DNA of 64,000 nucleotides from the NCBI GenBank assembly GCA_043228905.1, contig JBHGNT010000015.1, positions 14,012,001-14,076,000 on the forward strand, given 5' to 3'. Under the pieces are notes generated by a model. That model did no database searches, was not told the DNA's origin, and saw only the letters and a list, made by a program, of their open reading frames with translations. Positions 59,930 through 64,000 of this stretch are shown in pieces. A program made the translations under genes and the position numbers. The DNA comes from Azolla caroliniana. Lineage: Eukaryota > Plantae > Polypodiophyta. Numbering within the stretch: position 1 is the first letter of the stretch; each line of letters begins with the position of its first letter.

Positions 59930-61429
59930 ATGGATTCCCTGCATGAGAACCATACGTACGAATTGGTGGAGTTGCCGAAAGGAAAGCGGGCACTCCGAAA
60001 CAAGTGGGTGTACAAGTTGAAACCGGGAGATGCCGGCAACCCTCCGAGATACAAAGCCAGGATCGTGGTGAAGGGGTTCCAGCAGAAGAAGGGCGTGGAC
60101 TTCGACGAGATATTTGCCCCGGTAGTAAAGATGACCTCGATCCGGACGGTGCTGAGTATAGCGGCAAGCATGGACCTCGAGGTAGAGCGGCTAGACGTGA
60201 AGACGACATTCCTTCACGGCGACCTCGAAGAGGAGATCTACATGCAGCAACTGGAAGGATTCGTGGAGAAAGGGAAGGAGCACCTGGTTTGCCGGTGGAA
60301 GAAGAGCCTCTACGGGTTGAAGTACGTCCCCCAGCAATGGTACCGGAAGTTCGATTCCTTCATGGCCGATCAAGGGTACCACAAGATGCAGGCCGATCAC
60401 TGCGTGTTTGTGAAGAAGTTCGAAGGAGGCGACTTCTTGATACTCCTTATGTACGTGGATGACATGTTGATCGTCGGATGGGACCAAGTAAAAATACGGA
60501 TGCTGAAGAAGGCTCTCAACCAGACCTTCTCAATGAAAGACTTGGGTCCGGCAAGACAGATGCTGGGAATGCATATTATCCGGAACCGGTCAGTAAAGCA
60601 ATTATGGCTGTCACAGGAGAAGTACGTGACAAAGGTGCTTCACTGGTTCCACATGTTAGATGCGAAACCGGTCGGATCGACACTTTCGGCAAACTGCAGG
60701 CTATCCGGTAAGCAAAGCCCGAAGACGAAAGCAGAGAAGGCGGATATGATGAAGATTCCATATGCCTCTACCGTAGGGAGCTTGATGTACGCAATGGTGT
60801 GTACCCGACCGGATATAGGATACGTAGTCGGAGTGGTGAGCCGGTTTATGAGCAATCCCTGCAAGGAGCACTGGAACGCGGTCAAATGGATACTCCGGTA
60901 TTTGAAGGGCACTTTAAATATGTGTCTCCGATTCGGCTCCGGAAAACCTGAACTTGACGGTTTCACCGATTCGGACATGTCGGCTGATGTGGATACCAGC
61001 CGGTCCACATCCGGGTATGTAATGACATATGCAGGGGGAGCTGTTTCGTGGCAGTTGAGGCTGCAAAAGACGGTTGCGTTGTCAACCACGGAGGCGGAGT
61101 ACATGGCGGTTGTGGAAGCCGTCAAGGAAATGTTATGGATGAAGGACTTCATCGGAGAGCTCGGTATCCGGCAAGATGAATACTGGCTCTATTGCGACAG
61201 TCAAAGTGCCATCCACCTTGCTAAGAATGCGGCTTACCATTCCCGGACGAAGCATATCCGGCGAAGTTATCACTGGATCCGGGAAAGAGTAGATGACCAG
61301 GAGTTCGCACTAACGAAGATCCACACGGCCGAGAACGGGTCAAATATGTTGACCAAAGTGCTGATACCCGACAAGCTGGATGCATGCCGGAAGAGGATCG
61401 GACTAGTAAGACACCCCATGCCGGAGTGA
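59930..61429 (+). CDS. Copia 3 reverse transcriptase - RNase H, open 499 aa
   Basis: YKARIVVKGF, LDVKTTFLHG, LLMYVDDMLI, YAMVCTRPDI, GFTDSD, ALSTTEAEY, YCDSQSAIHL. Confidence 0.95.
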   Translation: MDSLHENHTYELVELPKGKRALRNKWVYKLKPGDAGNPPRYKARIVVKGFQQKKGVDFDEIFAPVVKMTSIRTVLSIAASMDLEVERLDVKTTFLHGDLEEEIYMQQLEGFVEKGKEHLVCRWKKSLYGLKYVPQQWYRKFDSFMADQGYHKMQADHCVFVKKFEGGDFLILLMYVDDMLIVGWDQVKIRMLKKALNQTFSMKDLGPARQMLGMHIIRNRSVKQLWLSQEKYVTKVLHWFHMLDAKPVGSTLSANCRLSGKQSPKTKAEKADMMKIPYASTVGSLMYAMVCTRPDIGYVVGVVSRFMSNPCKEHWNAVKWILRYLKGTLNMCLRFGSGKPELDGFTDSDMSADVDTSRSTSGYVMTYAGGAVSWQLRLQKTVALSTTEAEYMAVVEAVKEMLWMKDFIGELGIRQDEYWLYCDSQSAIHLAKNAAYHSRTKHIRRSYHWIRERVDDQEFALTKIHTAENGSNMLTKVLIPDKLDACRKRIGLVRHPMPE

Positions 61430-64000
61430 AGGGGGAGTTTGTTGGGAGACAGGTCCCTCCGGACGGATAAGGAGTACCCCGGCTTCGGAGAGCCGGATGG
61501 TGATGACCCGGTGAGAACCGGATGAGGAGTACCCGGCTACGGAGAGCCGGATGGTGCAGACCCGGTGAGAACCGGATAAGGAGTATCTGACTACGGAGAG
61601 CCGGATGGTGCAAACCCGGTGAGAACCGGATGACGAGTGCCCGACAAGATCCGGATGATGCTGGCCCGGTTCAGAGCGCTCTTCGGATGAAGAGACATAT
61701 TCGTAAATATGTTTCTGAGAGTCCATCATGGCTATATTTGTAAATAGCCGAAAAGTCATATTAGAATAAATATGACTTAGGGCAAACTTTTGAATGTTGT
61801 TATTTCTTGTCTGCGCGAGATCAGAACGTGTAACTGTGTACAGAGAGAGTGAGAGAGAGGAAGAGGTCGTTGCCTCAGTTGTAACTGCCGCCAGTGGCGT
61901 AGATCGTGAGCACGGGGTCGTTGCCTCCGTAAACTCACTGTTGTACATTCTAACATAGTGATAGTTTGTAGCCTGTAGGCTGCCGTGGTTTTTTTCCCTT
62001 AGTTTGGGTTTTTTCCACGTAAACATCCTGTGTACTCTTCTCTTCTTCGTGTCGTGCATTATTTCCCGTTTTCTTTGTATGGTTCTTAGCTCGGTTGTGG
62101 CCGAACGTTGCGTATAGGGAGCGTGCAGTTCCCGACAGAAATCAGCAAGCAGATCTTGAGCATTGGCAACATGCTCGACGGGTTCCCAAGTGCATTCGCT
62201 CGGACTATAACCAAGCCAATCGACCAAATAATAAAGTTTGTTGCGAATAAGTTTGGAATCGAGGATGGCAGCAACTTCATACTCCGGGCCGGCGTCCAAC
62301 TCCAGCGGGGGCGGCGGTGGTGTAAGACGATCGGGAATGGTGTTTACTTTATAAGGTTGAAGAAGAGAACAATGGAAAACCGGATGTATCTGAAGCTGCG
62401 GAGGGAGATCAAGGCGGAATGTGACATCATTAACCTTACCCGTAATACGGAAAGGACCGAGTCGTCGATAATCCAACTTGTCGCACGGTCGAGTAGTCTT
62501 GATGTGACGACGTAAGAGCCATACTCGATCTCCAATGGCAAAAGAGGAGGGAAGCCAATGACAATCCGCGTAAGTCTTCTGTGTCTGTTGAGCATGACGA
62601 AAATGAGTCGAGAGATCTGTCTAGATCTTGCGTAGTCTCTCCAAATGATCCCCTGCACGAGGATTGGTATGTAGTTCCGGGGTGTCGATCACTGACCAAC
62701 GAGGATGAGAACCGGTATAAGCGTAGAATGGGGAGACTCGAGTCAAGGAGTGAACATCATTATTATACTCAAACTCCGCAATGTGGAGAATCTCGGCCCA
62801 ATCGTCCTGTTGATAACTCAGGAAACACCGGAGATATTGCTCCAGCGTTTGGTTTGTTCATTCCGCCTGCCCATCGGTTTGAGGATGGTAGCCGGAGGAG
62901 AGGTTGCAAGAGACCTTGAGCATCTTGAAGAGATGCTGCCAAAATTTGGAGACAAATTGCGGTCCTCGGTCACTGATGATACTATCTGGGAGGCCATGAT
63001 GTCGAAATACCTCACGCATGACTAGGGCGACAGTTTCCTCGCTAGTGATGGCCTTAGTACACGGAACAAAATGTGCCATCTTCGTATATCGATCGACGAT
63101 GGTTAAGATAGCATCGAACCCCTGCGAGACTGGCAGATCTATGATAAAATCAAGACAAGTAAACTGCCACAGCTTACTTGGAATCGGTAAGGGTTCCAAC
63201 AAGCCATATGGATGGTGTCATGGCATCTTTGCTCGACAGCAAGCATCACAGGTCCGAACGTAGTCGTCGACAAAACGGCACATGTGGGGCCACCAAAAAG
63301 ATCGCTGCACTAGCTCCAACGTCTTAGTACTAACGAAATGTCCCGCCGTATGGGTGTCATGACAATGCTGGACGATTTGAAGGCGACAGGAGCAATCGGG
63401 GACATATATGCGCTTTTTAAAGAATAACAAACCATCATGATATTCGAATTGTCGGTAGTCAATACCTGGTTGTTGACACTGAGAACAGGATGCCCGAGAA
63501 GTATCAATGTGCGCTAGGATGTCTTGAGCAAAACTATCCGTCTTCAAGTTTGCACGTATGTCATCGGTAATCCGTGAATCCATCGGGGTGTGAAAAATCC
63601 GCGTCGTGTGCAATCGTGTTGGTCCCAAGATTACTTGCTTTTGATGATCAAATGTTGGATCACCAAGATGAGGTGCAAGATATGAACGTTGTGTTAGTGC
63701 ATCTGCTTTGCCTTGCTGCTTCCCCAGTCGATATGTGATTTTGAAGTCAAAATGCATGAGGAATTGCGCCCACTGAGCTTGCCGTCGATTTAGTACGCGA
63801 GCGTTCTGGAAATAAGCAAGATTTTTATGATCACTAAAGACAATGACCTGATGTGGAGAGCCCTCTAAGAAATGCCGTCATTGCACAAATGAATCCACGA
63901 TGGCTAATAACTCCTTGTCATGTATTTCGTAGTTGATTTCCGCGACATCGAATTTGCGCGAATGGAAAGCCACCGGATGCAACTCTTATTTATCTCCTTG

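Larger units (their letters stand above)
57010..62137 (+). mobile_element. Ty1/Copia element 3 with both LTRs and TSD (Tnt1/Tork-like)
   Basis: LTRs 57010-57654 and 61440-62137 (TGTTG...CGACA). Perfect TSD GAAAT. PBS TGGTATCAGAGC at 57657-57668, PPT GAAGGGGGAG at ~61428-61437. A deletion at ~58805 removes the GAG-pre-integrase region. Confidence 0.97.
56479..64000 (-). mobile_element. Tcn1-like chromovirus family A (3' LTR 56479-56927; pol 3' half runs off the window), split by Copia 3
   Basis: PPT AAGGGGGAGATAG is adjacent to the LTR. RNase [27 protein letters not shown], integrase LDFIIDLP/YHPQTDGQAE. Chromodomain EYEVAAILDS..YYLVDWLGY..TWEP..LADF|HRKYPDKP is rejoined across the insertion. 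Confidence 0.95.

Noticed and set aside
61403-62476. 357-aa chromodomain fusion protein
   Set aside because: Chance read-through from the chromovirus chromodomain into the antisense Copia 3 LTR. The true C-terminus resumes at 57009 across the GAAAT TSD.

Overview
Eukaryotic, repeat-dense DNA, most likely from a non-seed land plant such as a moss (inferred from the Tcn1-like chromoviruses, a fungal-like Gypsy family, an RTEX-like LINE and GT-AG introns). No intact full-length host gene is evident. (1) About 1.0-19.7 kb is a block flanked by ~300-bp inverted repeats. It holds a shuffled tandem array of ~7 partial copies of a spliced minus-strand gene. The reconstructed protein aligns by eye with the MRS2/CorA Mg2+-channel family but lacks the GMN motif. 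The array is interrupted by a solo LTR and by a non-autonomous hAT-type element that carries a captured CCT2 chaperonin exon and a full-length but decayed LINE. (2) About 20-25 kb is old decayed sequence: two SINE-like copies and a chromovirus relic. (3) 25.3-64 kb is a deeply nested LTR-retrotransposon cluster: three Copia elements, two chromovirus families, an Athila/Tat-like Gypsy with an extra 3' ORF, and a hAT MITE. It also has two fungal-like Gypsy elements that share a conserved GGAUUUU slippery site plus a predicted pseudoknot after the protease. All similarities are by-eye; no searches were run.
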